This document shows positions 45,796-63,184 of a stretch of DNA of 64,000 nt, piece by piece. Position 1 is the first letter of the stretch. Each line of letters begins with the position of its first letter. Source of the stretch: the human T2T-CHM13v2.0 reference genome, Homo sapiens; the NCBI RefSeq assembly GCF_009914755.1, contig NC_060928.1; one strand, written 5' to 3'. The notes under the pieces were generated by a model, which was given only the letters and a program-made list of their open reading frames with translations, ran no database searches and was not told the origin of the DNA. Both the position numbers and the translations under genes were made by a program.

Positions 45796-47934
45796 TTAAT
45801 TGATGTAATTGATTATTTTTCCTCAATAGAAAACTGCATCTTCTTTATGTACAATCGTATCATGGGGAGAGTTAAGTTTAGACAATTTGAACAAGATGTA
45901 ATTATCAATTATGGATTCCTCTGGGTCCACGGTCATTATTATCTTTTAATGACTTTGTTCCTTTTCATATGATTATTTGGAAATTACATAGTTATTGTTC
46001 CTCTTAGTGAATTGCAAAAATTTTCTAACACAATGACATTCTAATGAAAAAAACAAACCTAGTAAGATACTCGTATCATCCTTTGGATATTTTGACAAAG
46101 CATGACTTAAAACAATTCTATGGGGAACAATGAACCAAAATGACACAAGTGTACCACAAAACGATTTCATTTTTGATGTTCCCTGCTAATATTTTTATTG
46201 ACCTTTTAAGTTTATCTAAGAGCTTTTTAATGCAACAGGCTATGTTAGTAGGGCTGTGTGTGTGTGTATATATATATATATATGTAAACTTTTTTTGCAC
46301 AATATCATACATTTCAGTCTTTATCACGCTGGGAACAATAAAGTAACAGACTGCAATGCATTAGCATCATAAAGAAAATGTAATAAATGACTTTATAACT
46401 GTAGTAAAAGTTGCATGAGCACCAGCAGCTGTACCAGAGATGTTGCTACAGCAGCGCTTTATGACCTAATGGCACTCAGTGGGCTGATAATATTATGTGT
46501 GTGTGTGTGATGCCAGCAGTTTCCAAGGCCTAGATTTCAATTCGATAAATAATTGAAAGCACTTTTAGACTTTCCCATAAAATGTTTAACAAGGGATCAA
46601 ATCCTCCCTCCCTGTACTAGAAAATTAAATAGTTTTTATGGGAGTATTTTATGATGAAATCCTAACTACTAACTGTGGGAAAAGTGGTATTTTTAAACAC
46701 AGCAGTTGAAAATAACTCCTCAAAGAGTTCGTATTGCATTGAATTTGATGAACAGTTCTTTCAACTTAAATTTTTCTTCTTTGCTTAAGTTTCTGGCTTT
46801 TCAATTTTGAAGCCTGCCTGTAAGAACTGGGTTTTTTGAAATGAACGTGTGGAGGATGGCACAGTCATGGAGCACTGTGGACACGAATCAGGAATGCACA
46901 TAGGCTAGAGGACTGCAGTGAGTCAATATTCTGGAAATGACAGAATGGATATTCCTGTGCTGTCAGTGTGCAATTCACCATGGGTTCTTTACGCTGTTAA
47001 AGGGGGACAAAGAAGTGAGACTGACTTTTCTCCTCTCTTTAACAGAACACATGAGATGTAAAATGAGTGCTCTGTGAGTGGTTAAAAATTTCTTATAATG
47101 TACATACAATCTATGAGATTGGAATTTTATTTAAAATGGAGAAAACAAAAAATATGTTTCCTTCAAATAAGAGAAATGTTAATGGTAATTTTTATTACTA
47201 CGTGTGACTTTTTTTCTTAAGAGGAATAATTTCATAATTTTTGTTAAATGCCTTGCTTCTTCTGCCTGTTTTTGGCTGTTCAGAGTCTGAAGGGAATTAG
47301 TGTATACACTGCATCAATTGAAGTGAGGTTACTAATCAACTGTCATAAACATTGTCTGTCAATGACGCCATATGGCATATGTTCTTAGTTAATCCAATAT
47401 ACATCATGAGTGGGACATCATCTTAATGTGATATGAAAAGACAAAAATTACATAAAATAGTGGAATCTCTCTGAGACTAACTTGTTTAAAACTATCTCTT
47501 GAGAATGATTTAACAGAAAGTAGAAAAAAACTAGCAAAGACAACAAAAAAGAACACTTAAAAATGGTTAGACTATATATGCTAAATGTGACCACCTCAAC
47601 TCCCCAGTAGCTCCTCACTCCAATTCCATTAATAAACAAAAGGGACAAGAAACAGCCATCAGTATTCCCACTAACCTAGGTGTAAATTTTGAGCAAAGCC
47701 ATTTTGTCTAAAGTAGAACATTCTTCTCCCTCATTTTTTGCTTTATGTTTATAATATTTTATTTGCTTTTGTAATAGCATATTCTCTGAGAAGAAAAAAA
47801 GCTGTTACTATTTGCCATCAGGATGAAAAACGTAAACGACAGGTAAATAATCTCATCTTAAGACACCGTGATAAAATGAGCATGAAGTTGAAGAGACTCT
47901 GAGATGCTCCTACCATCTGCATCAAATAATGGAA

Positions 47935-48090
47935 AGATCATTACTGGATTTGAATGTTAACTCTGCCCCTCAGTAGCTGTATGACTTTAAAAAAAAATCG
48001 TATGGCTTCTGAGATTTGAAATGTATTTAATCACGGACTGATGTGATGCTTATGGAAATTACTAAGCAGACAGCACATAACTTAGGAAAA
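47935..48090 (+). mobile_element. MIR fragment
   Basis: ctggatttgaatg...ctctgcccctcagtagctgtatgacttt. Confidence 0.55.
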
Positions 48091-50974
48091 AGCAGATCCC
48101 AGTTTGTTGCAAATGTTTCTTACTGTGTATTTTGCTCTCCCTCTCCCTTTCTCTTTGTCTAATAGCTCACTGAAATTCAAAATTCCAGAAAGTTTGAGAT
48201 GACATTTCCATTGGTGTTCAGTTTTTGAGCAACTGTTTTGCCCATATTTGCATGTCTCTATTGTAAAAATTTCAATATCATCACATAAAGGATCCTAAGT
48301 TTCTTCCTGTACAGAGATGACAACAACATTGTTAGAGGAACAAAAATCTATGGTTTTCCCAGCAGCGTCTGAATGAGGGCAATCTGCGTAACTACACACA
48401 GGACTTCCATCCCAATGAAAACTCCTATCCTTTTTCAGTACAACTGTGTAAGGGTTTGAAGGAATGTGATAAATCAATACATCTCTTGACCACCCATGCT
48501 TAGAACCAACAAAGAAATAGAAATAGGAGTCAGAGAGAGGGAGACAATACTAGCTATATTTCTTGAAAAAAATGTTAGCGGGCTAGGTAACAGAAAACAT
48601 CAAAATAAGACAGACTTTCCAAACCAGTCAGGCTGTGTTAGATAAATCCCGTAGCTACAAAACTTAAAGCACAGGAGAATAGCACAGAATCCAGCCCTTC
48701 TCCAAGACAAAATGGAGCAAAAGGGCTGAACCATACATGTTCAGGGCTGTCTTCTAAACTCAATCTACCACACTCCCTTTCGGGGGAAAGAAGAGTAAAA
48801 GAACAGGGAGCAATTCAAATGAAACTTCTTCCACCTCTGAGAGATGGATTAAATTCTCCGTTAGCATTTTTTGTTTTCTTTGGCTTCCTTTGTTTCTTCA
48901 AACCATAGTCAGCCACAATGTGCTGTTTTCATGAACGATACTGGCCAGCCTGGAAGCACAGACCTGCTTCCACCTTGATGAAGCTGCTTCCTGCATAGCA
49001 GACATTGCTTCTGTGGATGGATCTTCCTGATGCCACTTCAATGCAGTGTTGATTTTGTTACATGGTCCTGAAATGTGCTAAAATGGTTCATAAGTATCTC
49101 CCAGACCACTCTGCACCAAAGACTGAATGTCCTGTTTTCCACCTACATGCTGTCAAGGTGCACCAGCCAATAAGCTCATCTCCTCTTCAGTGGGTCGAAA
49201 ATGAATGTTAAAGGTGTGCCTGTTAAAACTGAAAGACCAAAGAAATTAAAGTTGAAAACTAATCTTCTTACTCTTGTGGTTAGATGATTTATTGCTCAAG
49301 ACTTTTAAAAACAAACTCTCCAAGCCCCTCCCCAAATTCCAGTGTTGTATTTTGCTTAGCCTTTTCCCGAAGGATTCCCCACGCAGGGTTGTTCTGGGTT
49401 GGGGGTCTGTCTTCCTGCAACTGAAGTCAGACCTGAATTGCAGGGCAATGTGTGTCATTCTTTTCAAATTCAGAAGATGAAATCAGTGAGTCTCTGTTCA
49501 TTCTCAATTTTAAGCAGGACAAACAATGAAACAAGAAGGATAACCCAACTGGCCCTGTATGGTAAAAGTTTAGAAAACAAAATCAGTTACCGAAAATAAA
49601 ACCATCTACCTAAACACTACTCTTTGGGATCATGGAAGACCGCAGGGAAGACTCAATTACTCAAGGAGGGAGAATGGAAGGAAAAATCTTCTTAGCCAGG
49701 GTGCTGGCCAATCTATGCCGTATGTTCACAGTCCACATAATAACTCAATTGAAACAACTCTTCATTAAATGTTTACTTTTAATAGCATATTTATATGGAA
49801 AAAAGTCACCCATTGTACCCCATCTTCTCTTTCTTAATGGAATTTCAATCACTGCCGCTCTCTGGCAAAGGTTATAAATTTGTGATGCTAGCAGCCCAAA
49901 CCTGGGCCTCATTTCAAACCACCTTTATCCCACAGAACATAGTTAAACCTCTTAATTTCCATTTCCTCTTAGAGCTTTTCATTTCTGAACCATAGAGACA
50001 CATGATGTTAAAATCTGTTAGAAGCTGATGCTATTGCTCCTTTCTGTGGAATTACTGAGTCCTCTAAAATCTACCCCATCCACGTAAATCCTAATGGTTT
50101 TAGCACCCATTTGTGCTAAACGGCTCCATGTCCCTATTTTTGTGTCAGCTATCAGGTCATCATCGGTAGGCTCCTGACACCACTGTTGATTTTCCTGCAA
50201 GTGAAGTACATCTGCTCCAACTTCCCAGGGTAATCTTCGCTTATCATTTTCGGATATTTCACTACTTCTTCCCAGAAAGTGTCATTAAACCTCCTTGTAA
50301 ACTCGGTTCAGCTCCTTCAGTGGCTGCATGGGGTTGATAAGATTTCTGGACTGAATTGTTTCTTCTATTCCTTTTCCTGTACTTTCTGGTATAGTAACAA
50401 TTCACAATATTACATCTTATGGGGATACCTACATGCTTATTGATTACAAATCAGTGAGTTCTGGGCCCAGTAAAACCATTCACTCATCATTCAAACTACT
50501 CACTTTCATCTACAAAACCTAGAGATGGGTAACCCCACAAAACAAGTTGTTTTTCAACACACCACCATCAACAACAAAAAAACAAGCCTGGACTATTATT
50601 TTCCTGCCAGATTCCCCTTTCAGAGGCTCATTTTGATTTGCATTCTCTTAGCGGTCTTATTCCTCAAATTTCTCAAGTTATTTTCTTAGGGAATAGGCAA
50701 AAATAGCATGCCTACCCTTAATTGCTGTCGCCTGCAAACTCATCGAATAATTTTTTGAGAGTTTGATCTTTCCAAACTCTTCTAAAATTTGTACACATTT
50801 TAAATAAACAGTAGAGCTGTCCCAATCTATAAAGTACATTTTCCCAATGGCTCTAAATACAAGCCTCTTTTTAAAACATCAGTGTCTTGCATTCTGAATC
50901 CCTCTGCATGCATCATCTTGGTCTGCTCTCTATGCATTATGCTATGTTTCTTGACATCCTTGTCATAAAAAAAA

Positions 50975-52862
<1,888 letters not shown>

Positions 52863-54063
52863 TAAGAACTAAAAACAAACTATTTTCAGAATACCTTTTT
52901 TTAAGAAGTCATACTACTCATTTTTTTTTCCAGCTTCAACTTCAAGATGACTATTTTTTTTTAATTTAGCTTCGTCTAAGGTCCCAACATTTCCTATAAT
53001 AAATATCTTCTCATCTTTCTGCCAAATCGTTTTTTTAATTGGTCTTCATATTTCATATTTTCAACAGATTCAGTTCCTCCTTGATTTTCTAAGTAAACTT
53101 GAGTCTTAGAGACAATATCTATCGACAGCTTTTTAAAATAGTGTACTTGGCCTTTGGGTTTACAGTAAATTTATTGAATTATTTAACTACCTTAATTCAG
53201 AAAAATGGCATATATATTTGTTTGTAATAAGTGTCTACTACTTTTAAATTTTGTATTGAGATATGATTTGCATAAAAGTACAATGTTTAAAAGTAAATTT
53301 TTAGTGAATTTGAAAAGGTATAACCCATATTTGAAACTCATACTTGAAAAATAATAGAGAATATTTCCAGCACATCCACTGTACTCTTTTCTGGTCAATT
53401 TTGTCCCCAGACTTCTAAAGTGAATTGGAAGTTCTGATTTTAAATCACAATACATTATCTTTGCCTGTTCTTAAGCTTTAAATAAAAAAAATCCTTTCCT
53501 TTATTCTACTAACTTGTATTTTCTTTTCTTTGGTTCTAAGGTAGAAGCTTCATTTTTTGCTTTTTGTAACAACAGACATTTAAAGTTATAAATTTCTCTC
53601 TAAGGGCACCTTACTTGCATCCCACAAATTTTGATAGTGTTTTCATTATCACTAATTTGGAAATATATTATTTCTCTGAGTTCTTTGATCAATCGGTTAT
53701 TTAGAAGATTGTGGTCACCTTTTAGGGAGTATTTTTTAGTTATTTTTTGCTATTTCTAATTGAGTTCTGTTACGATCAGAGAACATATTCAGTATGATTT
53801 CAATTTTTTAACATCTATTGGTTTATTTTACAACCTGGCATTTTTCTCTCTTTGTGAATATACCATGTGTACTTCATAAGTGTATTCTGCAATTGTGATT
53901 ATACAGTTCAATAAAACTCAGTAGGTTAGGTTGCTAAGAATATTATTCAAATCTTCTATATCCTTTTTAAATCTCGTGAGTGGAATCTTAAAATCTAGAA
54001 TTCCATGAGTCTGTCTCTTAAATCTCTTATTAAAAACCTTGTTATAGTAGCATGAATATTTAG

Positions 54064-54353
<290 letters not shown>

Positions 54354-54656
54354 GTAGGATTTGTTTTTTTGATATTGATATTTTTATCTTTTTGAAATAT
54401 GCTTCTTCATGTCCAGTAAAAACATGTCTCCTACCTTCAAATCCTTGATATCATTACATTCCTATCTATTATATTGGATCAAAGATACATTGTATCTACA
54501 TACATACACATATAAACACATTATATATAAAGGCTTTAATATTCTGTAAACAGTATGTCAGTGGATCTTTTCAAACAACCTAGAAATCTCTTAAAATGTT
54601 TAGCTTATTCACATCGAATGTAATTATTGATATGATTGGGTAAAAATCTTACATCA

Positions 54657-54919
54657 AGAGAGTCTTACTCTGTAGCTCAGGTTGGAGTTCAGGGGCTCAC
54701 TGCAGCCTCAACCTCCCAGGCTCAAGCAATCCTTCCACCTCAGCCTTCCGAGTAGCTGGAACCACAGGCATGCGTCACCATGCTCAGCTCATTTTAAAAG
54801 TTTTTTAGAGATGGAGTCTCTTTTGTCCAGGCTGGTCTCAAACTTTTTGCCTCAAGTGATCCTCCAGCTTTGGCCTCCCAAAATGCTGGGATTACAGGTG
54901 TGGGCCACCACAACTGGCC
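54657..54919 (-). mobile_element. AluJ lacking its tail
   Basis: cactgcagcctcaacctcccaggctcaagcaatcc. Confidence 0.88.
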
Positions 54920-55053
54920 AGATTATTACATCTCTTATTTGTTCATTTATTCCTTATTTCCTACCATTTTTGATATTAATTAATATTTCTTTTCTTTTTT
55001 TCTTTTTAGTATTTTAATTTGTCTCAAATTAGTCTTCAGAAATATGTCCTTGT

Positions 55054-55354
<301 letters not shown>

Positions 55355-55523
55355 TTACTTCTTAATAGTTGCTCTAGGGTTTCAATATATCTTTTAATTG
55401 ATTTTCTATCATTTTACATTAAATAAATTATAGAAGTAAAATTTTTCAGTCCTTTGTTTTATCATATATTTACTTCTATATATGTTACAAGCCTCACAAT
55501 CTTTGCTATTATTTTTTGCTTTA

Positions 55524-55859
<336 letters not shown>

Positions 55860-56037
55860 CTAAGTAGAAGGATGCAGTTTTTTTTTAATATCCATATGTC
55901 ATCACTTCTGACACTATTCTTTTTTGTTGATATGAATTTCCAGGTGTAGCCATTTTCTGTATCACTTTGTAGTGTTTCCATGGTTCACATTTTTTCTCTG
56001 CTTTTGTTTGTGTTCACTGTTGCATGATAATTTCACT

Positions 56038-56101
56038 AGTGATCCGCCTGCCTCAACCTCCCAAAGTGCTAGGATTACAGGGGTGAGCCACTGTGCCCAG
56101 C
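56038..56101 (-). mobile_element. Alu 5'-end fragment (about 65 bp)
   Basis: gtgatccgcctgcctcaacctcccaaagtgctaggattacaggggtgagccactgtgcccagc. Confidence 0.9.
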
Positions 56102-57155
56102 TGGTGTGATTGTTTTTGGATAAGAAGTCAGCCATCATTTTCCTTGTCCCACTGTATGTATTGTGTCTTATTTCACTGCTTAAAAGTATCTGTTTATCTT
56201 TCATTTCCAACACTTTAATAGTGATCTCTCTTTGTGCTTTTATTTTTATTTATGGCCTTTTTGGGACCATTTATGCTCCTTACTATGTGGCTTGATGTCT
56301 TCTTCAGATTGATAACAATTTTACCATATTTTCCAAACGCTTTTTTATAAATAAGAAATATCACCCTAGAATGAAATATCATTCTAGGACTAAATATTAG
56401 ATGATATTTTCTCACAGGTAGTAAATGTTTAATTCATGTTTTTTCGAGCTTTTTTCTCTGATTAAATGGACACAATTCTATTAACCTGTTATCAAATTAA
56501 TTTATCCGTGTTTCTGCCATGTCTAATTTGTTGAAATTTATCCAGTGTAGTTTTATTCACAAATTGTTTTTTTTTTTCTAGAAAGTTCTTCTGGTTCTTT
56601 TATTTCTCTTCTGAAATAAACTGTCTCCTTACCCTTTTATATCTTTTTCTGTAAATTCTTTAAAAAAATTTATAATATTAAAGGTTTTTATCTGCTAATT
56701 CCAATAATTTTGTCATCTATAATTCTGCTTCTATTGACTGCTTTTTCTTTCATTATGAGACATATTGTTCTGCTTTTCTGCATAACTCTTAATTTAAAGA
56801 ATCTAGATATTACATATAAAATAATAAGTGTAATATTTTTGTCTCATTTTTTTCATTTTCCCAGAGACTACAACTCTTTTTTTCTATATATTGTCTGGCA
56901 TTTATGGTAAGTAGAATAGGTCTCATCTGTACCTTTAATTAGATGAATTCACCTGTGAGTAGTCTCAATTCCACTCTCCCAAGCTTTCACATTTAAAAAT
57001 ATGCAAATATTTAAGCTGGGATGGGTTGACTACTATTTTAGATATTTTTCGGGTTTTATTCTGATACGGCCCCTGGATTCAACCACTGTGAGAATGTCCG
57101 TGACATAATTTACTTACCATTTCTTTTCCACTGATGCTTTCTAGTCATAATTTTA

Positions 57156-57158
<3 letters not shown>

Positions 57159-57197
<39 letters not shown>
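57159..57197. repeat. (GT)n microsatellite, about 19 units
   Basis: Read directly from the sequence. Confidence 0.98.
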
Positions 57198-57198
<1 letters not shown>

Positions 57199-57884
57199 CT
57201 TGCTATACTGAATGTTTTATTTTTGGATTTACATTTCTTCCGATTCCAGTTTATCTTGCCATCCCACACTATCTTCTAAGGCTTGATTGATTTCATATTA
57301 TTACTGTTATCTCAGTCTGGTACATCCATTATCAGATACTCACACAAACTCCCAGGTGTGGAATCTTTCTTGGTTCTCTGTTTCCTTATGAAGAGATATT
57401 TTTTCTCTGGAATTTAGTGCACCAAGGCTTATTTTTATCTGCTACCTTTTACTGTCTCCATAAGAATATATAAACTTATTTTGTCTGGGTTTTGCTTTTC
57501 TGTAACCATAGGAGTATTGTTCTTTCAGATGTATCTACGACCTAACTAGTATTAGATACTTCCTATTTCTTCCTATCCCGTTAAGAAGACCATTGCTTTT
57601 CTTTGGATTAATACATAGTTTGGGTCCTGAGATCTTAGCTCAGGAACATAATTTACAGAATTAGCAAATTGAAAGCTAACTCAAGAGCATGTAGAAGATA
57701 GTGGCTAAAGGACATTCTACTTGAATTCAGAGTTTGTCCTTCAATGTTGCTGTCTAGTGGCCTTGAAGACAATTCTGAATGTCTTCAAGAATGTGGCAGA
57801 GGTTCTATATAATTCTAGAACTGTATAGTTTTTCTTAACATGAAGGGTTTAAACTAGAACTTTTCCTCTCTAGGGTAAATAAAA

Positions 57885-58125
57885 TAGTAATAGCTTGCAC
57901 TTACTGAAGGCTTCCTATTTGTCAGAGTACGTATGTAGCTAACTGGTTTCACCTAAAGCAATCCTAGGAGATATTTAATATTATCATTTTAATTCATAGA
58001 TGAGGAAAATAAAATAGAAAAGTTCTAATAATAATTTCACAGTTCAAAATGGCAGCACTGGAATTTGAACTTGACTGTTTCTTTCCAGATTCTGTTATTT
58101 AAATAGCTTTGTTCTATTAGCCCTC
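57885..58125 (-). mobile_element. MIR
   Basis: taatagcttgcacttactga...catagatgaggaaa...ggcagcactggaatttgaac. Confidence 0.75.
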
Positions 58126-58956
58126 CAGGAGTTGCCCACGAGAAAAACCACAGTAAAGTAAGCACTATCATTGTCTTCCTTTCATGGAGACCTTTTAATG
58201 GGACTAAAAGTCTCTTTAAGTGCAATTTTACTGAATGTGCCACTTTTTAATGACGCTTGGTCCATGCATTTCAAGATCTGCTATAGAATAGGTTATGTAA
58301 AACTGGCTTGTGTGTGGGTTGCTAATCTACCTCTTGTTAGGTGGCAAAACCTTTGTGCCTGCTGACATGAAACAACCATTCACCTGTAGAAACACAGGCT
58401 TTTATCTTGGAGAAGACTGCCTCATGCTTCAGTGACTGCAAGTTCAAATGCCTCAGGATCCTGCCGCGAAAACTGGCGTCTATAGTGACCAGTCCTGGAA
58501 CCATCAAAAGCATCTCTGTTGGTTATTTCAATCCCAAATTCCACTCATTGTCAAATACTAAAGAGTCTCAGTGTGGGTTTGACACTCATATTTTCTACCC
58601 AAATTTGGATCAACTAAGAAATGGACAAGAATCCAGCAAATTGCTATATTGCAGATAAAGTCTGGGTTGGAAGATGATCCCCATGTATTTGGAATTAATG
58701 GGCTACCTAGTACATAACCATGGTAATACAGGGAATGGCCCCTCCAGCCTCAGATGGGGCTTGGAACATGTCAGGACTCTCTCCTCCTTACCCTAGATGC
58801 AAAGCCTTAGGAACAGCCATGACATAGCTGTATGGGGCAGGTGTTGCTGTAAGTAGAGCTATCCCAAATAAAAGAAGATGAGTTACATTATGTATCTAAT
58901 TAGCTAACAAATGACCCTAATAATACTCCAAAACAAGTGTGATGTGTTCTCTCACG

Positions 58957-59262
<306 letters not shown>

Positions 59263-62200
59263 AATTGGGGCAGGAAGAACAGATGTGTTATTCTAACAGA
59301 ATTTCCTCTTCCCAAAGGCAATAAAAGTCAGAGATAAGCATAATCCACAATACACTTGATTATGTCTTCTTGACATTTGTCCCTGCCTGATTCTCTAATT
59401 TTACTTTTGGAAAAGCAGATGTATCACATTCATTCCACTGTATAACAGCTAGTGGAAAGGAGTGTTGCAACTATGTACCACAGTGGAGGTACATGTCATC
59501 CTTCTGAATTATGTCATATTGAACTTCAAAAGATTTAACAAATTCTTTGAGATTTTAAAATCTTTTAATTTCCTCAAGAATTCAAAATTTTACCTAGGGA
59601 ATTCTCAGCAAAATCACCAAGCACTGGGTTTCATGGTGAATATGCAGACTTTCCATTTGAACACTTGGAAGAACTTCTTTTACGTTCCTCTCAGGACATA
59701 GAGGACCTTATGGTCCATTCTCCTCCCCCAATTCAATTTTCTTTCAGGAGAGGGTCAAAAAATCACGTGAGGTTTAATGTCAAATACCATCTGAAAGCGT
59801 TAATCGTCTTAGATTTACCTGGAATTAAAAATAAGTGAATCCAAGAAAATGGCATAAATTTGGAATTTTTAGGCATCAATCAGTGAGTAAGGAGAAAGGG
59901 GTCTTCCTGATGTCATTTAGATGAGAGTCATCTTCTGTGGTCTCACATAGCTTTTGTTTCATCATCAGGTAAAACTAATTTAAGGAAATCCATAAAAGCC
60001 TTATCCCTTTAACTCTGAGGCCCAAAGTTTTGCATAATATCAATTTGTTTTCTGGAGTATTACCAAGGTCATTGTTTGGCAGATTAGATTATCAGTCAAA
60101 TTGGGTGTTAAATTTCAAGACTGCATATTTGGGTGCAATAATCTAATATATAGAAAACTCTATCAAATTTTTAAAAGATGTAAATCAATATATAAATTGC
60201 TGGAAACTGAAGCACCTGTGCCACTTGGTACTTTTTTTCTCTCTTTTTATAGAGGATCATTTATAAATAGTAAAATAGAACAAAATTTATGGAATGGGCC
60301 CACAAAAACACAAATGCTGTCATGAATACGTACACAGTCCATCACCAGAAGGGCTAGCTGAAAGAAGTGTTTTGTTTTTGTTGCTGTTTTAAATCTTCTG
60401 TGAAAATGTTTATGGTGAGATTGTCTGTCTGTTCCCTATGTAACTGTCCATGGGATAATTCGCTGCTTGAGTGTAGCTAAAGAAATAGATGTTTATTTGG
60501 TTTTGTTTGCCGATTGATCTGTATGGGTGATGGCTTTTGGTGACAACTGAAATGTTTTCTAATTTTAATGACTCATTTTCATAATGTCCAAAAATTTAAG
60601 TCTATATTCATTAAAATCCCAATATACTTTGTGTAATCATATTTACTGTATGTGTATCTATGACTGCATTTGTGGTTTTGTGGGCTCATTACATGTTTTA
60701 TCTTATTTTACCATTTAAACATATATTCTTCCATTGTTTTTATATGTATGCTACCTTCTACTTTTTAAAACAGACAAAAGAATATGACAGTAAAAATTTT
60801 AATTTCTGAAAATTATTCCATATTTACCAAATTGTAACAACTTGCCAATTTATAAAATAATAATCCCAGTGACACAACTCATAATATATTGATAAACATG
60901 TTCAGAAAGCTCATCTTTCCCCTACTAAATCTTGAGATTATCATCGTGGGTCAGTGAATGTCTCTCAGAGATGAATACACATAGCCCTTCGAAATGATTC
61001 TTTGTTCCTGGATGAAAGGTCTGTCTGGCTCTACAAACATACAATGAATTTGATTTAAAAAGAAATAGTGTGGCTTCTCTCCAACACTTGACCTCTTCCC
61101 CTACAGCTTATTCTAGAGTCAAAAAACGTTTTTTTTTTCCTGTATCTCAATTATCTCTGTACTGTCAATATTTGTGGGGATATGCCATTTCAGATTTTAA
61201 AATAATTTTTGTCATTAGAGTTTTTTAAAAAAATAGATGCTTCAGGCAAGTCCAGATGATGATTGTTTTGACTTCAGCAGTTCAACTTTCAAGGCCTGTG
61301 GATTTTGTGCTTATGGTACCTAAAACACTGCATAGGTTTTTGCAGAGAATGCTTCCCACTCAGAGCCACCAAAAAAGCCAGAGGAGACTTCATCCAACAG
61401 TCAAGCCTACACCTTGTCCTTGCCCTACAGTACCAGTGGTGTTGAAAACATCGTTTCCATTGCTTTGTTTCTTAAAAATGTGGAATAAAATAAAGATGTA
61501 AAGTGTTTATACATTATTCAGAGGTAATTAAATGGTAAGTAATGAGCTAAAAAGCCTGAGTATATTGGATTCTGTGATTCCTTGACCTGAATTTATGTGT
61601 AAGTTCACCAAACAAAACCTGTACTTGAAAGCTTGACATAACCACAGACATATAACACATCATCCTTTGTTATTTACTTATGTAAAAGATTTAGGATGGT
61701 GGAGATGCAGAGAGGTTCACATGTAGAATTCTTTCTTCAGATTCACAGATGAAATTTATTTTCTTGGTATTGTTTGCTCCCTTTAAAAACAAATACGCCT
61801 TTCCTATATATATACCTACTACAGTGCTTTGTAAAATACGATTTTGAAATCATTTATGCATCATACAATTACTTTATTATGTTGGAAGGTAATTTTAAAA
61901 ATGAAATATGAAATTAGAATAGATAAAAATACAGTAGAAAATGCAGAAATATATTACACATAGAATAAGAAATGTTTAGTAAACTTTCATTTCAATTATG
62001 TGTGTTTATGCAAATTCATGCATAAATTGTGTTGTAATGACAAAATATCATTTTACCATATCATAATGGTAAAATATATTTTTGTGTGTGGAATAGGGGC
62101 AAAAGTGTTTGTAAGTTACTGATTTAATGCCTAACAAGGCGTGGTTATATAAACAGCCAATAGCTCATTTGTAGAGTAGACATTGATCTATAAAACATAT

Positions 62201-62399
62201 TAAACACCTCAGGATTATTTATCTACAGTATCAGAAATGTGTCAAGCTTGATATAAGAGATCAATCCATGTTCTTAAGTCTAACCCTAAGCCTTAACCTT
62301 AAGTGGTTTAGAATTAAAGATTAGCCAGGCTACATATTTAAATTTTGCCACCTAGGACTCTTTCAAGATGCCTGAAATAAACCCCAAGTTGTGTCAATG

Positions 62400-63180
62400 T
62401 TCCTTTCGATAGTATTGATTGAAAATATCCTCTATGCCAAGCCCTAATTTAGACACTGGGGACATAGCTGTGAAGAAGTCCTTACCTTTATTGAATTTAC
62501 AGTCTATGAAAAAATAGGTAATAACAATGAAGCCAATTTTGATATAGGTAGGGATATAAAAATGATATTTAAATATGATATAAAGCAGCGTAATAAATGG
62601 ACCGTAGCCATGGGAAAGTGTTTTAGATAGGCTAGTCTTAGAATGTTTCTCTGAAGAGGTGACATTAAGGAGGAAATGTAGTATCAAACAGAAGAAGCCG
62701 TGTGTGCAAAGTAGAAGGTAGCAATGAACCTGGTGTGTTTGGGGAACAGTGAAAAAGCCAGTATGGCTGAAATGATAATGATCATGGGTTTGTTACAATA
62801 CATAGAAAAAATGTGGACAGAACTCAGAACAAGTACAGCTTTCTCTAACTTTTAAGAATTTTGGACATTGTTTTGCAAGTGATGGGAATATTTTGAAGAT
62901 TTTGAGCTGAACAGTGATGTGGTCTATATATTTAAGAGATCTTTGTGACTGTCTGAAGAACAGATGATGAGACGGCAAGCATTTGAGGAGGAGGTCGACT
63001 AATGAGTCTGTGTAAGTGGTCCAAAAGATAGTTGAAAATGCTTCAGATTAAGGTGAGAGGTTGTCACACCGAAGCTGTAGTTGTGAAAAGTGCTCAGAGC
63101 TAACAGAAATACTTAATTTGGGATGGAAGGGAAAACAATATTTTATGGACATTTTCCCTGATTAAACGGTAATGTCTTTA
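62400..63180 (-). mobile_element. L2 (L2a-like), continuing at 63845-64000
   Basis: ctatgccaagccc...cactggggacatagctgtgaa...tctctgaagaggtgacatt; resumes gatgtcaagtagacag after the LTR. Confidence 0.8.
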
Positions 63181-63184
63181 TTAT

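Noticed and set aside
62280-62303. Telomere-like ctaaccctaagccttaaccttaag
   Set aside because: Too short and degenerate to call an interstitial telomeric repeat.
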